Shown here in pieces: positions 8,531 through 17,099 of a DNA stretch of 35,267 nucleotides. The stretch is from the NCBI GenBank assembly GCA_028698975.1, contig JAQVVK010000001.1, positions 1 to 35,267 of the forward strand, in the 5' to 3' direction. The DNA is from Victivallaceae bacterium (GTDB lineage: Bacteria > Verrucomicrobiota > Lentisphaeria > Victivallales > Victivallaceae). Numbering within the stretch: the stretch's first letter is position 1; every line of letters begins with the position of its first letter. A model generated the notes under the pieces. It searched no databases and was not told the origin of the DNA. It was given only the letters and a program-made list of their open reading frames with translations. Position numbers and translations under genes: made by a program.

Positions 8531-9396
8531 TGGTTCACCTCGATGTCCAGCGATATATCGGAGGACTTGACCGAATGGGTCAAGGCTCCGGACGAGGCGA
8601 AATCCACCCCGATCCGGCCAATGCGTGGCAGCCGCTCGATCGTGATGTTGCCGGAGGCTTCCAGCTTGGAGCGGCCGTGCACGATCTTCACCGCCTCGGC
8701 CATTGTTTCGTCGCTCATGTTGTCGAGCAAAATGTAGTCGGCTCCGGCGTCGGCGGCTTCGCGCACCTCGTCGAGAGAATCGGCTTCGACCTGGACTTCG
8801 AGTTTCGGCCAGGCGGCGCGGGCGCGCTTGACCGAGCGGGCGATACCGCCCGCCCCCTCCATCGCCGCCATTTCGCGGTGATTGTCCTTGATCATGACCC
8901 GGTCAAACAATCCGATGCGGTGATTGGTGGCTCCACCCACCGCGACCGCGTACTTTTCAAGGTTGCGGTAGCCGGGTGTGGTCTTGCGGGTGTCGAGCAC
9001 CACCGTGCCGGTGCCGGCGAGCGCGGCGGCATAGCGGCTCGACGTGGTGGCCACTCCGCAGAGCCGCTGCAAAAAGTTGAGCGCGGTGCGTTCGGCGGTC
9101 AAGATCGAACGGGCCGAACCCGCCACTTCGGCAAAGACTTCCCCTTTGACGCAGCGTTGGCCGTCGTGTTTCAGCGCGGTGAACTTCAGCTCGGGGTCGA
9201 GCCGGGCAAAGACCCGCTCCGCGACCGGCAGCCCGGCGATCACCATTTCCGGCTCCTTGCAGATAAACCGGGCGCGGGCTTGGGCGTGTTCCGGTACGAC
9301 GGCGAGGGTGGTGGTGTCGCCGACTTCCCCTAAATCTTCCTCAAACGCCATATCGATGAGGCGGTCGACCCGGTTGAAATCGATTTCTGGAATCAT
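8527..9396 (-). CDS. nadC: Nicotinate-nucleotide pyrophosphorylase (quinolinate phosphoribosyltransferase)
   Basis: EDLG-x2-GDTTT, AERTALNFLQ, DTRKTTPG, HRIGLFD, IKDNH, ILLDN, EASGN. ATG 9396 is better spaced from GGGAG than TTG 9405. Confidence 0.96.
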   Translation of the reverse strand: MIPEIDFNRVDRLIDMAFEEDLGEVGDTTTLAVVPEHAQARARFICKEPEMVIAGLPVAERVFARLDPELKFTALKHDGQRCVKGEVFAEVAGSARSILTAERTALNFLQRLCGVATTSSRYAAALAGTGTVVLDTRKTTPGYRNLEKYAVAVGGATNHRIGLFDRVMIKDNHREMAAMEGAGGIARSVKRARAAWPKLEVQVEADSLDEVREAADAGADYILLDNMSDETMAEAVKIVHGRSKLEASGNITIERLPRIGRIGVDFASSGALTHSVKSSDISLDIEVNQ

Positions 9397-9447
9397 GATA
9401 TGCAATTCTCCCCAGCGAAGATTGTTTTTTGTTTCGGCGGTCTAAAT

Positions 9448-9475
9448 ACTATAACATGAAAACAAATTTTTTCAA
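9448..9475 (-). promoter_or_regulatory. Putative sigma70 promoter for nadC-ruvA
   Basis: Minus strand TTGAAA (9475-9470), 16 bp, TATAGT (9453-9448), with TG extended -10. Confidence 0.55.
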
Positions 9476-9481
9476 CTTCTT

Positions 9482-11011
9482 TTACAGTTGTTGGCGGTAG
9501 TTGACCGCCTCAAACAAATGTTCGTCGGTGATGGTTTCGCTCCCCGCGAGGTCGGCGATGGTGCGCGCCGTCTTGAGAATGCGGTCATAGGCGCGCGGAC
9601 TGAGTTGAAATTTGTCGATGGCTCCGCGCAGCAGCCGCAGCCCGGATTCACCGACCGCGCAGAATTTGCGCAAATCGCCGCCGGTAAGTTGAGCGTTGCA
9701 GTAAAAGCCGCGCCGCCCGGCAAACCGCTCCCGCTGTATCTGGCGGGCGCGCACCACCCGTTCCCGGATCGCCGCCGACGGTTCGCCGTCGGGCGCGGAA
9801 AGCAGTTCTTCACGCGAAAGCATGCCGACTTGTATCCGTAGATCGATCCGGTCGAGCAGCGGGCCGGAGATGCGCTTTAGATAGCGGCGTTTTTCCTCCG
9901 GCTTGCAGGTACAGCCCAACTCGACCTTTCCCCGTCCGCAGGGGCACGGGTTCATCGCGGCGCACAGCATGAAACGGGCCGGAAACGTGCAACTGCCCGC
10001 CGCCCGGCTGACGATCACTTCGCCGGTTTCGAGCGGCTGGCGCAGCACTTCGAGCACGTTGCGCTTGAATTCAGGCAGTTCGTCCAGAAACAGCACTCCG
10101 TTATGGGCGAGGCTGATCTCTCCTGGACGGGGGTCGCGCCCGCCTCCGATCAAGCCGGCGTCGGAAATGGTGTGGTGCGGAGCCCGGAACGGCCGCCGGT
10201 TCAGCAGCGGCCGCCCCGACGAGAGCATGCCCAGCACGCTGTGAATGCGGCTGGTCTCGACCGTTTCTTCAAAGGTGAGCGGCGGCAAAATGCCGGGCAG
10301 CCGCGCCGCCAGCATCGATTTACCGGTGCCGGGTTCGCCTATCATCAATAGATTATGGCCGCCGGCCGCCGCAATTTCCAGAGCGCGGCGAGCCAGTTTC
10401 TGCCCTTTGACATCGGCAAAATCCGGCCCGGCGGTCTGGTCGGCGCACTCCTCGAAGATCGCTTTGTGCGGCAGCCGCCCCCCGTTGTTGACCAGATCGA
10501 CCGCGTCGCGAAGCGACGAGACCGGAAATACCGCCGGCTGATTGCCGGCGGCCACCGCCGCCTCGTCGGAATTGTTTTCCGGCACCAGCAGGGCTTCAAT
10601 GCCATGTTCGCCGCGCAATCTGGCGGCGGCCGGCAGCGCGCCCCGCACCGGGCGCACTTCGCCGGTGAGCGCGAGTTCGCCCAACACCGCGCAGTGGATC
10701 AGCCTATCCGGGTCGACCACCCCCGCGGCGGCCAGCATCGCCAACGCGATGCCGAGGTCGAAACCGGCTCCCTCTTTGTGCAAGTCGGCCGGCGCGAGGT
10801 TGACTACCGCGTTCCCCTTGAGCGGCGGAAAACCAGAGCTGGCGATGGCCGAGCGCACCCGGTCGCGGCTTTCTCGCACGGCGAGGTCGGGCAGACCGAC
10901 CACGTTGACGAGGTTTTCGACGGCGGAGCGGCCGCCGGAAAGGTTGACTTCGATTTCGACCGGAAATGCGTCAATGCCGACGATCGCGGCCGAATGTGTG
11001 CGCGCCAACAT
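9482..11011 (-). CDS. comM: YifB/ComM family Mg-chelatase-like AAA+ ATPase
   Basis: VGLPDLAVRESRDRV, NLAPAD, GELAL-x-G, AAGGHN, GEPGTGKS, PFRAPHH, LAHNGVLFLDE, AMNPCPCG, SGPLLDRID, ARTIADL. Confidence 0.95.
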   Translation of the reverse strand: MLARTHSAAIVGIDAFPVEIEVNLSGGRSAVENLVNVVGLPDLAVRESRDRVRSAIASSGFPPLKGNAVVNLAPADLHKEGAGFDLGIALAMLAAAGVVDPDRLIHCAVLGELALTGEVRPVRGALPAAARLRGEHGIEALLVPENNSDEAAVAAGNQPAVFPVSSLRDAVDLVNNGGRLPHKAIFEECADQTAGPDFADVKGQKLARRALEIAAAGGHNLLMIGEPGTGKSMLAARLPGILPPLTFEETVETSRIHSVLGMLSSGRPLLNRRPFRAPHHTISDAGLIGGGRDPRPGEISLAHNGVLFLDELPEFKRNVLEVLRQPLETGEVIVSRAAGSCTFPARFMLCAAMNPCPCGRGKVELGCTCKPEEKRRYLKRISGPLLDRIDLRIQVGMLSREELLSAPDGEPSAAIRERVVRARQIQRERFAGRRGFYCNAQLTGGDLRKFCAVGESGLRLLRGAIDKFQLSPRAYDRILKTARTIADLAGSETITDEHLFEAVNYRQQL

Positions 11012-11017
11012 AATTGA

Positions 11018-11650
11018 TCAACGCCGGGCGGCTTTGCCGCCGCCGAGGTTGTTTAGCAAACGCGCTTTGCCGCGTGTCTGGCCGATGGAGCGGAAATTAT
11101 CGCATACTCCGCAGTTGCGGCGCGCCGAATCCCAACTGCCTTCGCCCAGTTTGCGCGCCGCATTGGCCAAAAGATACTGGTAACGGCTGCGCACATTGGT
11201 GTAGGCGAGGTTTTCGCCGCGGCGGTAAAGCTCTATGATCTGTTTTTTGATCTCGTCCGGCGTCATGGCGCGGCGCAGACGTATGCTGCTGTAATCGAAA
11301 CCGGCCGCCATAACGGCGCGGCTCCAGCTGCGAAAGCGTTTCAGCGCGGCCAGATAAAGCGGCCGGTGGTTGGTCTGTATGAACTGCGAAGAAAGGGCTT
11401 CTCCGGATTCATGCAACGCCTTGATTTCGTCAATCACCCGCTGGTCGCTCCACTCGCGATATTTTCTTACGACCGAGTAATCCAGCCCCGCCGCCTCGAT
11501 CGCCTCGCGCCACGAACCGTAAAACCGGGTGGCGGCGGCATAAACGCTCGGGTAGGTGGTGGCGTAATAGTAGGAATTCAAGGGCTCTTGGCTGTTTCGG
11601 GTAAGAATATGATCGATGACCATGTCACCGTTCCAGCGGCGGTAGATCAT
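11018..11650 (-). CDS. Hypothetical protein made of three ~62-aa helical repeats (homing-endonuclease-associated-repeat-like)
   Basis: 210 aa; repeats end in FYGSWREAIEAAGLDY, FRSWSRAVMAAGFDY and GEGSWDSARRNCG. AAGG RBS-like sequence and AT-rich promoter upstream. Confidence 0.75.
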   Translation of the reverse strand: MIYRRWNGDMVIDHILTRNSQEPLNSYYYATTYPSVYAAATRFYGSWREAIEAAGLDYSVVRKYREWSDQRVIDEIKALHESGEALSSQFIQTNHRPLYLAALKRFRSWSRAVMAAGFDYSSIRLRRAMTPDEIKKQIIELYRRGENLAYTNVRSRYQYLLANAARKLGEGSWDSARRNCGVCDNFRSIGQTRGKARLLNNLGGGKAARR

Positions 11651-11720
11651 ATAGCAGGACCTTTTCCGATAATAATAATAAAACAGTGATTAACGAATGA
11701 AAATAATTAAACTATAATAT

Positions 11721-11748
11721 AAAATATCACTTATTTAAAAATTTTCAA
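11721..11748 (-). promoter_or_regulatory. Putative sigma70 promoter in a very AT-rich spacer upstream of the repeat protein/comM
   Basis: Minus strand TTGAAA (11748-11743), 16 bp, TATTTT (11726-11721), with TG extended -10; further TATATT/TATAGT hexamers nearby. Confidence 0.45.
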
Positions 11749-11755
11749 ACTGTAA

Positions 11756-12625
11756 TCACTTGCCCGGCTGATATATTCGGCTTTTTTCCCGCAAGGTTGC
11801 GACCACCTCGGCCGGCACTCTCAGACCGCCGGCTCCTTCGCCCAAAGCCACCGCCGGGGAGTTTTTGCCGTGATAGTCGCTTCCGCCGGAAACGGCGAGG
11901 CCAAATGTCGAAGTCATCTCCAGCATCAGCGCGGTTTCCGGCGGCCCGAACATGCTGTAATAGGCCTCGGCCGCATCCAGCCCGAGCGGCGCAAAGCGTT
12001 TGAGCACCCGCCGCACAAAGGCGCGTTCGTTGCGTTCGCGATATACCGGGTGCGCCCAGACCGCGACTCCGCCCGCCGCATGAATGGCGGCAATGGCGCG
12101 CGACGGGTCGGGCAATTCGCGTCTCACATAGGCCGGACAGCCGTTTTTAAGCAGCTTGTCAAACACCGACTGCATGGTCGGAAATCCGTAATGCTCGACC
12201 AGAACCCGCGCAAAATGAGGCCGCCCCGCCGATGTCGGGTCAAGCCCGCCGAATGCGGGGTCGCTCCACTCGACCGGGTAGCCGAGGAAATGGAGTTTGG
12301 CCTTGATCGCCTCGTTGCGGCGGCGGCGGTTTTCGCGCATTTCGGCGAGAAATGCCGCCAGCTCCGGATCGGCCGGGTCGATAAACAACCCGACAAAGTG
12401 AAGTTCCCGAGCCGAAAACAGCGTCGAAATCTCCACCCCGGCAATCGCTTCCACCCCGGGGTGAAGCCGGGCCGCGGCCAGAAATTCGCCCAGCCCGGCG
12501 GTGGTGTCGTGATCGGTCAATGCCACGGCGGCAAGACCGATCAGCTCCGCCTGTTCAAGCAGTTCCCCCGGCGAATCGGTGCCGTCCGAGAACCGGCTGT
12601 GCGTGTGCAAATCTACACAGGTCAT
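11756..12625 (-). CDS. PHP-domain metal-dependent phosphoesterase (TrpH/YciV-like)
   Basis: DLHTHS-x2-SDG, ALTDHDT, GVEIS, GRPHFA, WAHP, SGGSDYHG. Confidence 0.92.
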   Translation of the reverse strand: MTCVDLHTHSRFSDGTDSPGELLEQAELIGLAAVALTDHDTTAGLGEFLAAARLHPGVEAIAGVEISTLFSARELHFVGLFIDPADPELAAFLAEMRENRRRRNEAIKAKLHFLGYPVEWSDPAFGGLDPTSAGRPHFARVLVEHYGFPTMQSVFDKLLKNGCPAYVRRELPDPSRAIAAIHAAGGVAVWAHPVYRERNERAFVRRVLKRFAPLGLDAAEAYYSMFGPPETALMLEMTSTFGLAVSGGSDYHGKNSPAVALGEGAGGLRVPAEVVATLREKSRIYQPGK

Positions 12626-12631
12626 GCCGCC

Positions 12632-13747
12632 TCAGCGCAGTTTCAATGTGGCCAACGCCAGAAGCGAAAAGACTCCGGCGAGGATCCAAAAACGCACCAC
12701 GATCTGAGTTTCCGTCCACCCCAGCCGTTCAAAGTGGTGGTGGATCGGCGTGCACAAAAAGACCCGGCGGCCGGTCAGCTTAAACGAGGCCACCTGTATC
12801 ATCACCGAACCGGCCTCCATCACAAAGACGCCGCCCACCAGTGCCAGAAGTATCTCCTGCCGCACCAGCACCGCCAGCAGACCGATCGCGCCGCCCAGAG
12901 CCAGGCTGCCGGTGTCGCCCATAAACATCGACGCCGGGTGGCAGTTGTGCCAGAGAAATCCGATGCATCCGCCGCACAGCGAGGCGGCAAAGACCATCGC
13001 CTCCTCCGCGCCGGGGAGGAAAGGCACCAGCAGATAATCGGCGAAAATCCGGTGTCCCATCAGGTAGGCAAACGCCGCGTAGGTGAGCGAACAAAAAATG
13101 GTGCAGCCGGTGGCCAGCCCGTCCTTGCCGTCGGTCAGGTTGACCGCGTTGGACGCTCCGGCGATCACCAGCACCGCGAAAGGCAGCGTGAAGAACGGTG
13201 TGGCCAGCCACGGAAATCCGGCCGGGTCGAGCGGCGTCTTCATGAAAGGCACCATCAATTTTGACATCAGGGGCGACAATTCGGGTATGCGGGTCATCCA
13301 AAACACCGCTCCGGCGGAGACCAGAAGCTGGAGGCCGAACTTCAGCTTGGCCGGGATGCCGTCGCGTTTCTTGCGCACCACCTTGTTGAAATCGTCGTAG
13401 AAGCCGATGAGTGAAAAAGCCGCGGTTGCTACTACCAGCAGTTGAGCGATCGGCTTGCTCATGTTGTTCCACAGGAGCGACGAAACCAGCACCCCGCCGA
13501 TCAGCAAAATACCGCCCATGCACGGCGTGCGGTTCTTTTCCTTGTCGATGAATTCATCGGGCACCAGCCCGGCCAGCCGCTCCGCCGCCGTGGCGTTGAG
13601 ACGCCGCAGCGCACTGGCTGTGCGGCCGCCCAGCAGCACCACGATGAGAAAAGCGGTGAAAGCCGCCCCGCCGGTGCGAAACGTCACATAATCGAACAAC
13701 CGCAACGGAGAAAGGTAATTGGCCAGATCAGCCAAAAGGTAAAGCAT
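12632..13747 (-). CDS. mraY: Phospho-N-acetylmuramoyl-pentapeptide transferase
   Basis: TPCMGG, GFYDD, SNAVNLTDGKDGLA, FMGDTGSLALG, PIHHHFE; multiple TM helices. Confidence 0.96.
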   Translation of the reverse strand: MLYLLADLANYLSPLRLFDYVTFRTGGAAFTAFLIVVLLGGRTASALRRLNATAAERLAGLVPDEFIDKEKNRTPCMGGILLIGGVLVSSLLWNNMSKPIAQLLVVATAAFSLIGFYDDFNKVVRKKRDGIPAKLKFGLQLLVSAGAVFWMTRIPELSPLMSKLMVPFMKTPLDPAGFPWLATPFFTLPFAVLVIAGASNAVNLTDGKDGLATGCTIFCSLTYAAFAYLMGHRIFADYLLVPFLPGAEEAMVFAASLCGGCIGFLWHNCHPASMFMGDTGSLALGGAIGLLAVLVRQEILLALVGGVFVMEAGSVMIQVASFKLTGRRVFLCTPIHHHFERLGWTETQIVVRFWILAGVFSLLALATLKLR

Positions 13748-13749
13748 TT

Positions 13750-14772
13750 TTACCTGACCTCCCCGTTATCCTGCGCGGCGGCGGCCTTACGGTGTTCGCT
13801 CACCCAGTTGACATAGTTTTCAGAGCCGCGCCGCTCGATGTCGAGCCAGTGGCGCGGTGCCCACAGCCATTGCTCCGGCTGCTTGCGGATCATTTTTTCG
13901 AGCGAGGAAATGCACATCTGGGTGATTACTTCAATATCGTGTTTCTTGTCATCGGTCGGCGTGTAGCGGATCTGGTCGCCCAGCTCGAAGTCGAACTCAA
14001 AATTGTCGCTGCGCCGCCGGGTTATCTCCGGCTGGATCGGCAGCCCGGTCTTGAGGTGAAGCAATGCCGGTGTGGCGTGCACCCGCGCCGGGTGACCGAA
14101 AAATTCGCACACCACCCCCTCCTGCCCCGCCGCGTGCTGGTCGATCAGCATGGTGAGGTTGCGCCCCTCTTTGGCGGCGCGCAACAGCGGGCGCAGACCG
14201 GCTCTTTTGTCGATAAGTTCATGCTGCGGCCCGGCGCGGTGGCCGAGGATCAGCTTGCCGATCAACGGGTTGCCAAAGGCGCGCATAAGTGAACTCATCG
14301 GCCGGTTGGCCAAGTTGGAGAACCCGGTGCCGGCCACTTCCCAGTTGCCGTAATGGGCGGTAATAATGATGCACTGATCTCCGGGCGTGCCGTCGGGGTG
14401 CTGCATTGAAGCGATGCTTTCGGGCGAACCGGTAAAACGCATTTTTTTGAGTTCGTAGAGCTGGTCGAACTTGATTATTTCGATCAGCAGCTTGGCAAAT
14501 TCCCGGTTGCTGCTGCGGGCGATGGCTTTGGCTTCGGTCTCGTTTGCGGCCATGCCGGCGTGCATGATATGCCGCACGGTGCGCTGCCAATGCTTACGGT
14601 CGAGCACCGGCATCGGCGCAGCCATGATCGCCGATCCGCGCATGGCGAGTTTGTACGGAATAAAGTGAATCAGTTTGTAGAGGCACCAGAACGGGATAAA
14701 TTCGACATAGATGCGAAATTTGCTCTTCTCTTTTTTTTCAGTTGATTTGTTTTCCATGATCTTCCCGCTCAC
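13750..14772 (-). CDS. Lipid A late acyltransferase-like / lysophospholipid acyltransferase (LpxL/HtrB family)
   Basis: AHYGNWE (HX4E) motif, LIDQ, FFG, PEQWLW. Start is either GTG 14772 (overlapping the ROK stop) or ATG 14757. Confidence 0.85.
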   Translation of the reverse strand: MSGKIMENKSTEKKEKSKFRIYVEFIPFWCLYKLIHFIPYKLAMRGSAIMAAPMPVLDRKHWQRTVRHIMHAGMAANETEAKAIARSSNREFAKLLIEIIKFDQLYELKKMRFTGSPESIASMQHPDGTPGDQCIIITAHYGNWEVAGTGFSNLANRPMSSLMRAFGNPLIGKLILGHRAGPQHELIDKRAGLRPLLRAAKEGRNLTMLIDQHAAGQEGVVCEFFGHPARVHATPALLHLKTGLPIQPEITRRRSDNFEFDFELGDQIRYTPTDDKKHDIEVITQMCISSLEKMIRKQPEQWLWAPRHWLDIERRGSENYVNWVSEHRKAAAAQDNGEVR

Positions 14773-15758
14773 GCCAGTTTGCCTTGTTCCTTGAGATAAT
14801 TCAGAGCCGCCGCCACGCCGGCATAATAGCCGATGTCGCGCTTAAGCTCGCTCGATACGATTTCGCAGGCGGCCATCGGCTCGGCCCAGCAGAACCGGGG
14901 CAGATATTTTTTGATCGGGTCGGTGTAGAGGTCGCCGATCGCCCAGGCCAGAGTGCCGAGGATCAGCTTCTCCGGATTGAACGCGTTGATGAAAATGCCA
15001 AACGCCTGTGCGCTGCGCAAACTCATCTCATCCCAGACGGCGGTCGCATAGGGGTCGTTGGCGCGCACCGCCTTTTCGATGGCGACCATGTCGATGTCTT
15101 CGACCTTGCCGCCGACCAGTTTCATAATCATGCTGTCCGGCTGGCCGGCCAGCTCTTTTTGCACTCTTTGGGCAACGGCGCGGCCGCCGGAATACGCCTC
15201 GTAACAACCTTTCATGCCGCAGTTGCACTGGCGGCCGTCAAGCTGGACTACGATATGGCCAAGCTCTCCGGCACTCAACGCCTTGCCGCCGCGCACCAGA
15301 CGGCCCGACGAAACGATGCCGCCGCCGATACCCGTGCTCATGGTAAGATAGATGAAGTCCTTGCACCCCCGGCCCGCTCCGAAGAACCACTCGGCCAAAG
15401 CTCCGCAGTTGGCGTCGTTTTCAAAACATCCGGCAATGCCGAGGTGTTCGCGCAGATAGTCGAGGATCGGCACGTTGCGCCACTTGGGGTTGTTGGGCGG
15501 ATTGGTCATGATGCCGCGTGCCGCGTCGGCGGGGAAAGGCGCTGAAATGCCGAATGCGGCGACCTTATCCATTGACAGCCCGGCGGCGGCGACCATTTGT
15601 TTGGCGGCGGCGGCGAGTTTCGGCAAAACGTCCGCCGGATCGGTGTCCTTGTTTTCCAGACGTTCGCGCCCCAAAAGTTCGCCATCCGTCGAGGCGAGGC
15701 CGATGCCGATCTTGGTGCCGCCGATGTCGAATCCGAGAACAAATTTCTTTTCGGTCAT
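14769..15758 (-). CDS. ROK family sugar kinase (glucokinase-like)
   Basis: GFDIGGTK, ENDANCGALAE, STGIGGG, GELGH, Zn motif CNCG-x2-GCYE; no N-terminal HTH. Confidence 0.92.
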   Translation of the reverse strand: MTEKKFVLGFDIGGTKIGIGLASTDGELLGRERLENKDTDPADVLPKLAAAAKQMVAAAGLSMDKVAAFGISAPFPADAARGIMTNPPNNPKWRNVPILDYLREHLGIAGCFENDANCGALAEWFFGAGRGCKDFIYLTMSTGIGGGIVSSGRLVRGGKALSAGELGHIVVQLDGRQCNCGMKGCYEAYSGGRAVAQRVQKELAGQPDSMIMKLVGGKVEDIDMVAIEKAVRANDPYATAVWDEMSLRSAQAFGIFINAFNPEKLILGTLAWAIGDLYTDPIKKYLPRFCWAEPMAACEIVSSELKRDIGYYAGVAAALNYLKEQGKLA

Positions 15759-15882
15759 AATAACTCCTATAAAATCAAAAAAACCATACTTTTTTTGGAT
15801 AAACTCGAAATGTCACTTGTAGAATATAAACCCCGAATTATATTTTATAAAGTGGTTTTTAAAAATAAGCGGAGATTTTGTC

Positions 15883-16683
15883 ATGTTGTCTGTTGGTATG
15901 TTTTTTCCGATGCGCATTGTCGCTGCTTCGCCCGGAGTTTATTATGCTTTTGAAAACAGCGATATGCTGGGCAAGGGCATCGTGGTGCTGCTGCTCATCG
16001 GGTCGGTGTTTACCTGGACGGTCATGATCGACAAAGCTCTGGCTCTTTACCGGGCGAAAGTTTGTTCGGACCGGTTCCTGAACCGGTTCCGCTCGGTGCA
16101 AAACAATATCGCGTCGCCCGGTCTGGTGCGCGACGCCGCGCAGGATCCGGGGCCGGTGGCCCGGGTTTATTGCGGCGGCGTCGAGCGGCTTCTGGAATTT
16201 TATGAAAACGACGCGCTAAACCGGCAATATTCGGCGACCGCGCCCGGCAACCGGCCGGTGAAGCTCTCCGACGCCCAGTACAACGCGGTGGAAGCGGTGC
16301 TGGAGCGCGAAGTTTCTGGGCAGATCCAGGAGTTGGAGACCCGTATCGGGCTTTTGGCCACGCTGGTAAGTGTAAGTCCTTTCTGCGGATTGTTCGGTAC
16401 GGTGTGGGGCGTGATGCTGGCCTTTTGCGGTATTGCGGCGGCGGGCAAGAGCGATTTTGCCGCGCTGGCTCCCGGTGTGGCGGGCGCGCTTCTTACCACG
16501 GTGGCCGGTCTGATCGTGGCGATACCGTCGCTGGTGGGTTACAACCTTCTCACATCGACGATCCGCAACCTGACCATATCGATGGACAACTTCACCGAGG
16601 AATTCATGGTGCGGGTAAAACTTGAGCAGCTGGCCATCGATCAGGCGGCCAAAAGCGCGGCTGACGGAGAACCGCTCAAATGA
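15883..16683 (+). CDS. tolQ: MotA/TolQ/ExbB proton channel protein
   Basis: SPFCGLFGTVWGVM, APGVAGALLTTVAGL-x2-AIP; GGAG RBS. Confidence 0.88.
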   Translation: MLSVGMFFPMRIVAASPGVYYAFENSDMLGKGIVVLLLIGSVFTWTVMIDKALALYRAKVCSDRFLNRFRSVQNNIASPGLVRDAAQDPGPVARVYCGGVERLLEFYENDALNRQYSATAPGNRPVKLSDAQYNAVEAVLEREVSGQIQELETRIGLLATLVSVSPFCGLFGTVWGVMLAFCGIAAAGKSDFAALAPGVAGALLTTVAGLIVAIPSLVGYNLLTSTIRNLTISMDNFTEEFMVRVKLEQLAIDQAAKSAADGEPLK

Positions 16684-17096
16684 GGAGCCGCAGACGTCCG
16701 CGGTCGCAGATGGCCGCGATCGACCAGATCAACGTGACGCCGCTTCTCGACCTCACGTTTCTCTTGTTGATCGTATTTATGCTGACCATGCCGCTCATGG
16801 AGTACGGCACCAACGTGAAACCGCCGGAAATGAACAGCGACTCGCTGCCCGACGAGGACGAGGTCAAGGCGGTCAATCTGACCCGTGACGGCACCGTCGA
16901 GTTTGACGGCCGCGCGGTCACGCTCGACGAACTTGCCGTCGAACTCCGGCGGCTAAAAGCCGAGGAGCCTAAAACCGCGCTGCTTTTGCGCGCCGACGGC
17001 GAACAGCGTTATGTCGAAGTAATCAATCTGATGTCGGCGATCCGCGGCTGTGGTTTTGACGATGTCACGCTGGTCACCCGGGCGGAGGGCAAGTAA
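16680..17096 (+). CDS. tolR: ExbD/TolR family protein
   Basis: INVTPLLDLTFLLLIVFM (conserved TM Asp), LRAD; ATGA overlap with tolQ. Confidence 0.88.
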   Translation: MRSRRRPRSQMAAIDQINVTPLLDLTFLLLIVFMLTMPLMEYGTNVKPPEMNSDSLPDEDEVKAVNLTRDGTVEFDGRAVTLDELAVELRRLKAEEPKTALLLRADGEQRYVEVINLMSAIRGCGFDDVTLVTRAEGK

Positions 17097-17099
17097 GCG

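Noticed and set aside
9482-11011. comM as an integration hotspot for mobile elements
   Set aside because: The ORF is intact and full length; no integrase or att-like duplication seen.
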